63,188 bases of DNA from IMG/VR virus record IMGVR_UViG_3300045988_166537; one strand, written 5' to 3'. The translations under genes were made by a program, and so were the position numbers. Shown one piece after another: positions 7,842-15,964 of the stretch. The stretch's first letter is position 1; every line of letters begins with the position of its first letter. The notes beneath the pieces are model-generated. The model made no database searches, had not been told where the DNA came from, and saw only the letters and a list, made by a program, of their open reading frames with translations. The DNA comes from a virus.

Positions 7842-8126
7842 CTCTGCCCGGATGCCCACTTTTATTTCCCATTTATATATATTTATATAATATTTTTTTC
7901 ATATTAATTTAAGAAAAAAAGTGGGAAAGTGGGCAGAAACCCCGCAAACCCGCATAAATACTAGGTTTTTCGCTGCCCACTTTTGTTTTTAAAAGTGGGC
8001 AAAGTGGGCAGAAAAGTGGGCAAATGGCCACTTTTTACAAAATTTTTGGGTCTGCTACCGCCTCAAAAATGGGCAAAACACCCACAAAACCGGGCAGAAG
8101 CCCAGATATTTTTGCAAAAGTGGGCA
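7842..8126. repeat. Iteron array (AAGTGGGCA) with an AT-rich core; candidate replication origin or multi-site protein-binding locus
   Basis: Direct copies start at 7919, 7927, 7993, 8002, 8014, 8067 and 8118. Inverted copies start at 7853, 7974 and 8025. The outer inverted pair is CTCTGCCCGG (7842) / CCGGGCAGA (8090). An AT-rich stretch spans 7866-7918. The interval is non-coding. Confidence 0.6.
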
Positions 8127-8140
8127 GAGATTTTTTGCTT

Positions 8141-8587
8141 TTATTTAGAGGTTGTGTAGCAACGTATACTCATTGAACCATTATCTTTGGCGTCCCAACT
8201 GATATCAAGTTCATACCTTCCATCGGCATCGAGATATCTAGCACTACCACCATCATCAGCACATACGTATTTTTCACGATCGGTAAAAATGTTACCAGCA
8301 CTTACCTTATCATTATATGCTTTATAATCATCTTGACTTGCTGGAACGACATTAGCTGTATATCTATCGCTCCTGTCAAACATAATCGACACATTTGCAT
8401 CCGAAAACATACTATTTATATCAGGTAACATAGCAGATATTTTTGAGTCTTCACTCTCACTCTCCGTACTGACACTCGCACTACTACCATTACCATCTGA
8501 ACCAGCATTATTACTATCACCACCGCATCCAACAAGTCCAACACACATAGCTCCAACTAACAAACCTATAAATAATCTCTTTTTCAT
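8141..8587 (-). CDS. Lipoprotein (148 aa)
   Basis: The signal peptide with lipobox reads 'MKKRLFIGLLVGAMCVGLVGCGG'. A GAGGAGG SD is present. Confidence 0.8.
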   Translation of the reverse strand: MKKRLFIGLLVGAMCVGLVGCGGDSNNAGSDGNGSSASVSTESESEDSKISAMLPDINSMFSDANVSIMFDRSDRYTANVVPASQDDYKAYNDKVSAGNIFTDREKYVCADDGGSARYLDADGRYELDISWDAKDNGSMSIRCYTTSK

Positions 8588-8623
8588 AAAAATCTCCTCC
8601 TCTGAAAATATAAGACTATTATA

Positions 8624-8884
8624 CTATTCGCCTACGCTATCATCAACCTGCAAATACTCATAATCGTCAGGATCAATCCAGCACCTGACAACCTCGTATC
8701 TTCTCAGAAATAGCTTGTCACCGCGCCACAACTGTCTACGTATACTACCTCGCGCTATTCCCAAAAACCTGGCCAAATGCGCTTCACTCATGATCCCAGC
8801 ACAACTACCATTATTATGTTGATCGTATACAATATAAGCCCTCATCACTGTATGCCCATCCCTACGCAATTTCATCACCACCAT
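8624..8884 (-). CDS. HTH DNA-binding protein (about 86 aa; start uncertain)
   Basis: 'SEAHLARFLGIARGSIRRQL' is helix-turn-helix-like. Candidate starts are 8896, 8884 and 8875. Confidence 0.55.
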   Translation of the reverse strand: MVVMKLRRDGHTVMRAYIVYDQHNNGSCAGIMSEAHLARFLGIARGSIRRQLWRGDKLFLRRYEVVRCWIDPDDYEYLQVDDSVGE

Positions 8885-9068
8885 TCTTCTCTGCATATAA
8901 ACACTCGGTCCTGAATTTGCAAAAAGAGCAGGCAAGCCCTCGTGAAAGAGTCTTACACTTACTCATCAAAGCCGTCTTATCTCTATGTAACTGCAAGACC
9001 TGCCCCTGTAATTTTTTAATCTCTTCATCTCTCAAAGTCGCTTTTACAATCTTTTTCCGTATATCCAT
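8862..9068 (-). CDS. Hypothetical protein (68 aa)
   Basis: Track ORF with a coiled-coil-like N-terminus. Confidence 0.55.
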   Translation of the reverse strand: MDIRKKIVKATLRDEEIKKLQGQVLQLHRDKTALMSKCKTLSRGLACSFCKFRTECLYAEKNGGDEIA

Positions 9069-9089
9069 GTTTTTATCGCCTAACCTTTT

Positions 9090-9200
9090 CTAATAAAATA
9101 AATAAAGCGCCAATGACGTAATCATCAGCGCAAAATCAATTATCACCGCAACAGCCAGCAAAACCGATCTGGCGGTCTCACTCAGTTCCTTCTTCTCCAT
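9090..9200 (-). CDS. Small membrane peptide (36 aa)
   Basis: Track ORF 9090..9275 trimmed to the ATG at 9200 after GAGGAGGAC. It has one TM segment. Confidence 0.45.
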   Translation of the reverse strand: MEKKELSETARSVLLAVAVIIDFALMITSLALYLFY

Positions 9201-9405
9201 TTTTGTCCTCCTCTGTATCATCATAATGATCCATGAATGCTCGAAAATCTTCAATACATGAATCACATAAATCACACTCTACTGCTATGAGGTTATTTAT
9301 GTTTACTACATCTATCCCCCTAGTGATAGAGCCTTCGCAGTTCCACTTTACTCTATTTTTCTCATAGAACTTACCACACCTATCACATTTTCTCGCCATT
9401 GACAT
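9178..9405 (-). CDS. Zinc-ribbon protein (75 aa)
   Basis: 'CDRCGK...CDLCDSC' is present. The ATG at 9405 lies 9 nt after GGAGGA. Confidence 0.65.
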   Translation of the reverse strand: MSMARKCDRCGKFYEKNRVKWNCEGSITRGIDVVNINNLIAVECDLCDSCIEDFRAFMDHYDDTEEDKNGEEGTE

Positions 9406-9410
9406 AAATA

Positions 9411-9815
9411 TCATTCCTCCATTTCTATATACTCAAGTGAATCAACCACTTCCTTGCTATAGAACCAATTTGTCCAAGGACTCTCAGACCAGTATTTCTG
9501 TGAATACACAGTACCATTCCATTCCTGTACATCTTTAATAACTGTGACTCTGGATACTTTCTCATCGGTATCCTGTTCAAGAGCCTCTACCTCTTTTACT
9601 ATAGAATCATGTTTCATCTGATATTCGGCGATCGTTTTGTCAATTGCATAATGATTCGTCACTATCATAACAAGCGAAAAGATTGCACCCACACCCGACA
9701 ACGTAATAAATACAGCGCCTATAATAGACATCCAATCTATACATTCGTTGTATGCAATTACAGATAATACGATCGACGCCACCAAAACTACTACAAATAT
9801 AATTGTCCAAATCAT
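9411..9815 (-). CDS. Membrane protein (134 aa)
   Basis: Track ORF with two N-terminal TM segments and an AGGAGGA SD. Confidence 0.75.
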   Translation of the reverse strand: MIWTIIFVVVLVASIVLSVIAYNECIDWMSIIGAVFITLSGVGAIFSLVMIVTNHYAIDKTIAEYQMKHDSIVKEVEALEQDTDEKVSRVTVIKDVQEWNGTVYSQKYWSESPWTNWFYSKEVVDSLEYIEMEE

Positions 9816-9924
9816 AATTTATCCTCCTAATATGTAATATTCATTTTTCTAATAAACTCACGAATGCGATCAAAACAATGTATCGCAAGGTAAGCTATAA
9901 GCAACAGGAAAATAATTAACAGTT

Positions 9925-10569
9925 TCATATATGATCACCGCCCCCTTCCGTATCTGTAGTATTAACCTTGCACTTTATCATTGTCATTCTTTCATCAAGG
10001 GCTTTTCTCTTTGCTGCCCATTCTTCGGCAAGGCATTCGACATCCGGTGATAATCTTCCCACGGTATACATCATAGTAATTAGAAGGGCGCGACGCTCTT
10101 TATCTAGCATATATTCAGCAACCTTGAGATCGTCCTCTGTACCTGCCAATAGTTCATGAAATGGTTTTGTAATTTTATCCTCAATATCATCTATACCCTT
10201 TATCCTCTCAATACCTTCAGGATGTTTATTATTATGGGCTGCTATATATTCGGACATGTCTTTAAAATTTATATTTCGCGTCCTCTCTATAGCCTGTTTT
10301 GCCTTTAATAGTTGATCGTATGGACTATCATCAGAATTATGCCGCCACTCGATGTGAGCATACACACTTTTATGTTTCCTCAACCTCCTACTTAGCCAGA
10401 CAAAACCTTCTAATATCCCGCTCACAATCCAAATTGGAATGAAACAGGCTATTACTATTGGCCAAAATAGAATATATAAAGGGTCATACTCTTCATCCAT
10501 CATTTTTGATATAAAACAACCGATCACTGCATAAAACATTATCACTACAATACTAATTATTATCTTCAT
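9925..10569 (-). CDS. Membrane protein (214 aa)
   Basis: Track ORF with two N-terminal TM segments. Confidence 0.75.
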   Translation of the reverse strand: MKIIISIVVIMFYAVIGCFISKMMDEEYDPLYILFWPIVIACFIPIWIVSGILEGFVWLSRRLRKHKSVYAHIEWRHNSDDSPYDQLLKAKQAIERTRNINFKDMSEYIAAHNNKHPEGIERIKGIDDIEDKITKPFHELLAGTEDDLKVAEYMLDKERRALLITMMYTVGRLSPDVECLAEEWAAKRKALDERMTMIKCKVNTTDTEGGGDHI

Positions 10570-11328
10570 GAGCCGTCCTCCTTATCTTTTCACCCCACTC
10601 GGGATGTTCCTTAGCATATTCTCTGGTATCATAGACTTTCACACATTCGCCATCGATTATAGGAAAAGAGTCTGTCTGATCTGTGCCCTCTTCGGTCTCC
10701 TTTTTCTTTGAATCCGCAACAGGATAACAAAATACTCCATTCTTACGTAGCCCTTCTAACTGCTCTTTAGTCAACTTAATGCCAGCTGATTTGAGAATAT
10801 CAAACACCTGTTTGATATCACCAGTCATTTCTGGTATCGATTCTTTTACCTCGCTGGTAATCAACTCTGAATATGGCAAACTCTCAATCCACTTGCAGAA
10901 CTCTCGCCACTCATCCAGCTTATGATTCTTACGCTGCCTATAGATATTAGCCAACACCTCGTAATTCAACATAACATTACGAGTCTGGTTGTAGCTGCTT
11001 GGAAGGAGCTGTATCATCTGCCACCAAAATTTTTTACGCTGGGCTATGACATGTTTTCTTTCTGAGTCTGTTAAATCTGTTCTTTTTAATTTTTCATCAG
11101 CAGCAAGATATAATCTCCTAGCGAAATTTAACTCATAACAAACATCAAATTCAACTCTATGTTTGTAATAAGGGGCATCCTCGCCTATTAGAGCAATATC
11201 GTCACTATCTATTATGGCTAACTGCTCAGTTGAAAAATCCTCCAGTGTAAACTCCTTCTCCTGAATCTTATGCATGGTACTACAGCTGTTAGCCACAGTA
11301 CCTACCTTATATGTATCAAATTCTTTCC
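10553..11328 (-). CDS. ThyX (Thy1)-like protein, exon 2 (aa 113-370 of the spliced product)
   Basis: The frame stays open upstream of the track ORF start through 'KEFDTYKVGTVANSCSTMH'. It joins exon 1 to give '...ITAPLYWWKEFDTYKVGT...'. Confidence 0.75.
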
Positions 11329-11913
11329 CATTAATGGACTATCTTTTACCCACTAAAAATAGTGAGGACACCATTTCGGTTTTCATGAGCTTCGTTTCCT
11401 AAAACCCAGCTACGTATCAATAGTAGCCCTACTCCCCCGCCCAGAAGGCATAGGGGATAGTCTCTACAGGTTCATTTCAAACACACATGTTAAATATAAA
11501 ACTTTAATCCAAATCTAAACTATAGCCTTCAATCTCGGCTTTAATTTCAAGCTGGTACAAATATTGCCCCATAGCACTTGCTTGTGATTTCCACTGCTCC
11601 ATGGGACACTTCGGTTTAAAATCAAGCTTACCAGCCTCTCTCTTTATGATCATCGAATGGAGTTTATTATATTTATCCTTAACAAAATAATATTCTCCAA
11701 TAGCTCTACTCTTATAATCATCAGATTTTAGTAATTCAATAATCTTATCAAATGCCATAATAATTGCCTCCTTAAAATAATAAATTCTTAGTTCAAAAGT
11801 TATATGTGTGTTTGAAATGTTTCCCACGGGATTCCAATGGGCGGTTCCCCGTTAGCCATAAAATATGACCCCTGCCGATAAGCAGGAAAAGTGTTTCATT
11901 GGCAGAAAGAACT
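11329..11913 (-). ncRNA. Group I (IA-like) self-splicing intron, 585 nt
   Basis: The 5' exon ends in U (11914). The guide 5'-UUCUUUCUGCCAAU (11911-11898) pairs with the 5' exon AUUGGU (P1, with U.G) and with the 3' exon GAAAGAA (P10). An R-like GUAGAGACUAUC lies at 11467-11456 and an S-like AAGAUAGUCC at 11345-11336. The terminal G is at 11329. Confidence 0.85.
11504..11758 (-). CDS. Intron-encoded ORF (84 aa), no recognisable homing-endonuclease motif
   Basis: It has its own SD, TAAGGAGGC. The ORF is looped out by a perfect 16-bp stem (11819-11804 with 11488-11473). Confidence 0.6.
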   Translation of the reverse strand: MAFDKIIELLKSDDYKSRAIGEYYFVKDKYNKLHSMIIKREAGKLDFKPKCPMEQWKSQASAMGQYLYQLEIKAEIEGYSLDLD

Positions 11914-12250
11914 ACCAATATAAAGGCGCTGTGATTCTCACATATACAGGAATCATTCGCATATACTTCCTATGCTCTGTACCTGCATCTGAAAGCTTCT
12001 GCATGAGAGAGTGGTCGTCGTTACCCAACTCAAAGTATCCCTCAACATATTCTACGCGTTCACCTTTTAAGTCTTCTTCTGTAGGATCATCAATCTTATA
12101 CCGATTACATGGCTCGCCGATTTCTCTACGAAAATAATGCCCATGACTACTATCACTCTTCTCCCATGAATTCATAGGATTCCTCATGCCCTCTATCACA
12201 AATTCCATCTGCTCTGGACTCGCCAGAACCACGTGCTCTAAATTAATCAT
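11914..12250 (-). CDS. ThyX (Thy1)-like protein, exon 1 (aa 1-112 plus 1 nt)
   Basis: The track ORF 11912..12250 ends at a TAG created by the first intron bases. 'GTEHRKYMRMIPVYVRITAPLYW' resembles the ThyX core preceding the RHR motif. Confidence 0.75.
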
Positions 12251-12744
12251 TCTTTTTCCTCCTTACAATAATGGTCTCTAGGTAGATACACTATTTCATC
12301 ATTTCTATTTGTTACCTGAACCCAATCAATAGGCTCTTTCTCTAACCCTAATTTTCCAGAATACTTAACAAGCTCATCTTTCATTGCAATATTATCTAAG
12401 ATAGTAGCAATTGCTTTCGCTAGTTCTAAACTTTCGCCTTTCCAATATGCTGCATAAACATCATTATCTTTGTTGTATCCTTCAACTCTATACACTGCTT
12501 TCTTTTCATTGTCCGGGAATATGTAGTTTAAAAATGGATCGTCTAAAAACCTGATGTTTTCTGGATATACCGTGTGTATAGTTCCATCCTCAAGTTCAAC
12601 AATCGCTGATACTGATATTGTTTGTCTTCCATAAATCGGTGACGTATTGGTATCACACCAGCGATGAAATAATGCCTTTACTTCCTCGTCACCGGCCGTC
12701 ACATAACAGGGGCGTAAAGGTACCTCGATTTTTAATTCTGACAT
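12247..12744 (-). CDS. Hypothetical protein (165 aa)
   Basis: Track ORF trimmed to the ATG at 12744 after GGAAGGAGGAAAAAG. Confidence 0.7.
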   Translation of the reverse strand: MSELKIEVPLRPCYVTAGDEEVKALFHRWCDTNTSPIYGRQTISVSAIVELEDGTIHTVYPENIRFLDDPFLNYIFPDNEKKAVYRVEGYNKDNDVYAAYWKGESLELAKAIATILDNIAMKDELVKYSGKLGLEKEPIDWVQVTNRNDEIVYLPRDHYCKEEKE

Positions 12745-13040
12745 TTTTCTTTTTCCTCCTTCCCACACATTTGTCGAAGTAATACCTTTTGATATTCGAG
12801 TAATTCCAACCCGCATACTTTCTCCACGAACAAAACGGGATTTTCTTTGGCGGCGTATATGTCTATTAGTTTGTTAACCCTTCCATCCTTTATCTCAACG
12901 TCATACCCACTCAACTTAGCTACAATATCACTGGTTGTCTTTTTACCACGAGCAGTACATACTGGCACTCCATCTACACAAATAACGTTCACTCGTTTAC
13001 TCATATATTGTGGGACTCTGTATACTTTTATTTCACTCAT
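12732..13040 (-). CDS. Hypothetical protein (102 aa)
   Basis: Track ORF. Confidence 0.65.
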   Translation of the reverse strand: MSEIKVYRVPQYMSKRVNVICVDGVPVCTARGKKTTSDIVAKLSGYDVEIKDGRVNKLIDIYAAKENPVLFVEKVCGLELLEYQKVLLRQMCGKEEKEKCQN

Positions 13041-13362
13041 CTGCTATTCTCTCCTTTGCCGTGCGTATAATATCTGTGCATATACTTAACAATTTCTCTT
13101 CGGAACAATTGCTATCGGTTACCCCAAGCTCAAGTTGTTTCATTGAGCCAATACGAACCTTCAAAAACACACAATTGTTCGGGTAAATGCCTATAGATAT
13201 CGAGCAGTTATTCTCTTTTGCCAATCTATATAAAGCTGGTAAAATCACGCTTCCCTCTTGTTCAACCTCTCTTGGCATCTTCTTCTCGATATTATCAAGC
13301 CTATCAGATATCTTCTCAATACCTTTTAGAAGTTTCTTGTCATACTCATCATGTGTTGCCAT
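13033..13362 (-). CDS. Hypothetical protein (109 aa)
   Basis: Track ORF with an AAGGAGGAG SD. Confidence 0.7.
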   Translation of the reverse strand: MATHDEYDKKLLKGIEKISDRLDNIEKKMPREVEQEGSVILPALYRLAKENNCSISIGIYPNNCVFLKVRIGSMKQLELGVTDSNCSEEKLLSICTDIIRTAKERIADE

Positions 13363-13364
13363 AT

Positions 13365-13613
13365 CTATCTCCTCCTTATTTGATTCTGTTTTAAGAAATA
13401 TAGTAGTTCTATAAAATTATTATCGGGTTTTCCGTATTCGTGTTCGTCCAACAATATAGCTTTCTTACATTGAGGACAATGCACCCAACGACTAAGCAAG
13501 CATCCATTTTTATGATGGATGGAATATATCTGGTCCATGCCAGCCAAAAATACAACTTTACAGTCATTACACCTACAAAATCGTTTGCATCCACTATTAC
13601 CTACTTCTATCAT
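13365..13613 (-). CDS. Zinc-finger protein (82 aa)
   Basis: 'CKRFCRCNDC...CPQC' is present. Confidence 0.65.
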   Translation of the reverse strand: MIEVGNSGCKRFCRCNDCKVVFLAGMDQIYSIHHKNGCLLSRWVHCPQCKKAILLDEHEYGKPDNNFIELLYFLKQNQIRRR

Positions 13614-13999
13614 TATCCATCCTCTCTACTCACAATCTTGACCTTATGTCCAAGCTTCTCCTCTATCTCCTCAAGAGTCATTTCCTTAGGAGATGCATAT
13701 TTGACTATAGTGTCAGTTATGCTATTAGACGGATCCCACAGAGTAACATCACCATACCCCACATCAATAGTTATTCGAGGACACTCATATATAATATCTG
13801 CTGAGCTAGCTCCCCTGAATTTAAAATCCTCATAAAGAGGCAAAAGAATGTCTTTTAAAGTCACCTCATGAATATTGCCGAAGTCATCTACCTCCTCATA
13901 TACGAGACATAAACGATATTCATCGTCCCATTCTTCTGTTTCGACCTTCGTTAAAGAAGCATCCTTCAATTTTCTGTTGTTTATGTTGTTCAGTTTCAT
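13613..13999 (-). CDS. Hypothetical protein (128 aa)
   Basis: Track ORF with an AGGAGGAG SD. Confidence 0.7.
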   Translation of the reverse strand: MKLNNINNRKLKDASLTKVETEEWDDEYRLCLVYEEVDDFGNIHEVTLKDILLPLYEDFKFRGASSADIIYECPRITIDVGYGDVTLWDPSNSITDTIVKYASPKEMTLEEIEEKLGHKVKIVSREDG

Positions 14000-14013
14000 A
14001 TTTATCTCCTCCT

Positions 14014-14055
14014 AAAAATATAAAAAGAAGAGAATCCTCATTTGAAGACCCTCTT
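14014..14055 (-). terminator. Intrinsic terminator after 14067..14246
   Basis: Minus RNA reads AAGAGGGUCUUCA-AA-UGAGGAUUCUCUU followed by CUUUUUAUAUUUUU. Confidence 0.65.
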
Positions 14056-14066
14056 CTAATTTTAAG

Positions 14067-14246
14067 TTATCTCTGTGCTACATTTTTCCACTGTTCATTT
14101 ATAGTTATCATCCTGTCATCTGCACTCATAAATATTAGTGCCATTCTCATGCATTTAGCACTCTGCTTCATACTTTCAATACCACCTCTAGCTACAAGTT
14201 CACTAGACCTCTCTATAAAATGATTACTTATTAATTTTTGTAACAT
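14067..14246 (-). CDS. Hypothetical protein (59 aa), not in the ORF track
   Basis: ATG at 14246 after AAAGGAGTG and TAA at 14067. It lies between promoter copy 4 and a terminator. Confidence 0.6.
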   Translation of the reverse strand: MLQKLISNHFIERSSELVARGGIESMKQSAKCMRMALIFMSADDRMITINEQWKNVAQR

Positions 14247-14263
14247 AGTTCATCACTCCTTTC

Positions 14264-14289
14264 ACTATAGAGCATGTAGACTACGCGAA
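14264..14289 (-). promoter_or_regulatory. Conserved promoter-like element, copy 4
   Basis: Minus strand reads TTCGCG TAGTCTACATGCTC TATAGT. The hexamer lies 1 nt from the SD. Confidence 0.65.
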
Positions 14290-14311
14290 AATTTTAGAAA
14301 AATATGCACTT

Positions 14312-14596
14312 TTAGTACTCACTTGGGAATAAAATCGTCGTGACACTCCTATCCCGCTCGGTAATTATCCATATTTTGCCGTATTTTTCATCTTCATACA
14401 TCGCCAAAATACGATCATCACCATTTTTTACGGCTTTATCGTTCATTTTTGCATCATCAGGACGTATATTCCCCCAGTCGCAGGTCTCATACCGCTTGAA
14501 TGACACAAGAATAAACTTAATAAAGCCAGGATTGTGTTCCATCTTGGCGGCAACCCCGGCTGTAACTACGACCTGACCAGTCTCAAATTTATCCAT
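14312..14596 (-). CDS. Conserved phage/plasmid protein of unknown function (94 aa)
   Basis: Trimmed to the ATG at 14596 after GGGGGAGGTG. 'CDWGNI...KIWIITERDRSVTTILFPSEY' is a pattern I recognise from plasmid and phage hypothetical proteins. Confidence 0.65.
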   Translation of the reverse strand: MDKFETGQVVVTAGVAAKMEHNPGFIKFILVSFKRYETCDWGNIRPDDAKMNDKAVKNGDDRILAMYEDEKYGKIWIITERDRSVTTILFPSEY

Positions 14597-14598
14597 TT

Positions 14599-14844
14599 TT
14601 AGCACCTCCCCCATACAAACTCGCTAAGTTCTTTGTATTCGTTACCATTAAGCAAAAATAAATGTCCACTGCATATCAAATTATGTCCTCTTGTTGAATA
14701 TGAACCGTCTATACTGGTCTTCCTACCACAAATGACACAAGTATACAGATCATCGCCGTCGTATCGTCCTACTCTTCCAGTTTTTTTGAACTGTGCTACA
14801 TTTGCAGCATCAACTTCTTTGTACTTATCTATATTTTTTATCAT
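14599..14844 (-). CDS. Zinc-binding protein (81 aa)
   Basis: Trimmed to the ATG at 14844 after AGAGGAGGA. 'CVICGRK...CSGH' is present. Confidence 0.65.
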   Translation of the reverse strand: MIKNIDKYKEVDAANVAQFKKTGRVGRYDGDDLYTCVICGRKTSIDGSYSTRGHNLICSGHLFLLNGNEYKELSEFVWGRC

Positions 14845-14858
14845 GAATATTCCTCCTC

Positions 14859-15023
14859 TTATGCCCAATACCAAATATAAACAGTGTATATTGCTTTACC
14901 TGTTTTATCGATTACACACGACGAAGTATCTACCTTCTCGATACGTGTGTTAGGATCGGATATATATTTATTAACTGTTGCTTCTACTTCAGCTCTGCTA
15001 CCAGATATAATTTTAAATTTCAT
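14859..15023 (-). CDS. Hypothetical protein (54 aa), not in the ORF track
   Basis: ATG at 15023 after GAGGAGGAG and TAA at 14859. Confidence 0.5.
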   Translation of the reverse strand: MKFKIISGSRAEVEATVNKYISDPNTRIEKVDTSSCVIDKTGKAIYTVYIWYWA

Positions 15024-15025
15024 AC

Positions 15026-15265
15026 CTACAACTCCTCCTCTATAATGGTGATACTAAGATTCTCTATAACGGTCACTGCACTAACCCCATCTGGTCTATT
15101 TGCTAAGGCTCTCTCAAACTTTTCTCTATATTTTTTATGATTAAACTGGTTGACAATGCAAAAATCGTGCAATAGCTGCATCTTCTCGCTAATAAGAGCC
15201 TCTTCCGCAAGACTCCTATGCCTATGCATATCATAATTCTTTCTTTTCTTCTCTTTTGTCTGCAT
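15026..15265 (-). CDS. Hypothetical protein (79 aa)
   Basis: Track ORF with an AAGGAGGAG SD. Confidence 0.7.
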   Translation of the reverse strand: MQTKEKKRKNYDMHRHRSLAEEALISEKMQLLHDFCIVNQFNHKKYREKFERALANRPDGVSAVTVIENLSITIIEEEL

Positions 15266-15296
15266 AAAAACTCCTCCTTAAATATGCAAAACCTTG

Positions 15297-15470
15297 CTAC
15301 TTCTGTTCTTTTATGTTTTCATCTTTCTCATAATATGTAGGTTTATGAGAATCGATATTGCATGGATTAGTCAAACAAGGATTGCACGGATCCTTCCAAT
15401 CTTCTATATCCCGATGCTTACAAGTCTTACAATATTCATGAAAATATACTTCTTTATAATCTCCGATCAT
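15297..15470 (-). CDS. Cys-rich small protein (57 aa), not in the ORF track
   Basis: ATG at 15470 after GAGGAGGAA. 'CKTCKH...CNPCLTNPC' is present. It replaces the antisense track ORF 15294..15554. Confidence 0.55.
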   Translation of the reverse strand: MIGDYKEVYFHEYCKTCKHRDIEDWKDPCNPCLTNPCNIDSHKPTYYEKDENIKEQK

Positions 15471-15472
15471 CG

Positions 15473-15745
15473 CTATTCCTCCTCATATAACCGTGGTTTA
15501 CCATCACTATCAAGTAGAACTGTTATTGTATTTGAATATTGTCGGGTTGTATAAAAATACATAACCCTAGTTGTTTTATCGACTAAAACTTCATATTCGC
15601 CATATTCAGGCATTTTGCCTGATTCGACAATGTTAAACACATTTCCAATGTCTGATTCAGTTGCATCTGCCACATCAATTGTGCTACAGCCAATACAAAA
15701 CACCAACGATGCAGCGACAATCACACACATTAATATCTTCTTCAT
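15473..15745 (-). CDS. Lipoprotein (90 aa)
   Basis: Trimmed to the ATG at 15745. The lipobox signal reads 'MKKILMCVIVAASLVFCIGCST'. Confidence 0.7.
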   Translation of the reverse strand: MKKILMCVIVAASLVFCIGCSTIDVADATESDIGNVFNIVESGKMPEYGEYEVLVDKTTRVMYFYTTRQYSNTITVLLDSDGKPRLYEEE

Positions 15746-15963
15746 TCCTCTGCTCCTAACTGAAACTGAATATGCACCCAATTTATGAGTGTATCCTCAA
15801 TATGTACCCATTCATCCATCTCTCTCAGGTCACTCATGCTAAACACGTATGTAAACCGCTCTCTCCCTCGTCGGAATACAAAACGCTGACCATCTACCAA
15901 ACTGTCGTAATCCATACGTACCTCTATCCCGTATTTACGACAAAATAAGATTAATTTTCGCAT
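15742..15963 (-). CDS. Hypothetical protein (73 aa)
   Basis: Track ORF. ATGA overlap with the next gene. Confidence 0.65.
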   Translation of the reverse strand: MRKLILFCRKYGIEVRMDYDSLVDGQRFVFRRGRERFTYVFSMSDLREMDEWVHIEDTLINWVHIQFQLGAEE

Positions 15964-15964
15964 A

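Noticed and set aside
7842-8126. Possible CRISPR array
   Set aside because: The repeats are only 9 nt long, occur in both orientations with irregular 0-40 nt spacing, and have no uniform spacers. The pattern fits iterons or operators, not CRISPR.
9827-9928. 33-aa hydrophobic ORF overlapping the stop of 9925..10569 (ATATGA)
   Set aside because: It is plausible as a coupled micro-gene, but it is very short and has no distinct SD. I left it out of the feature list.
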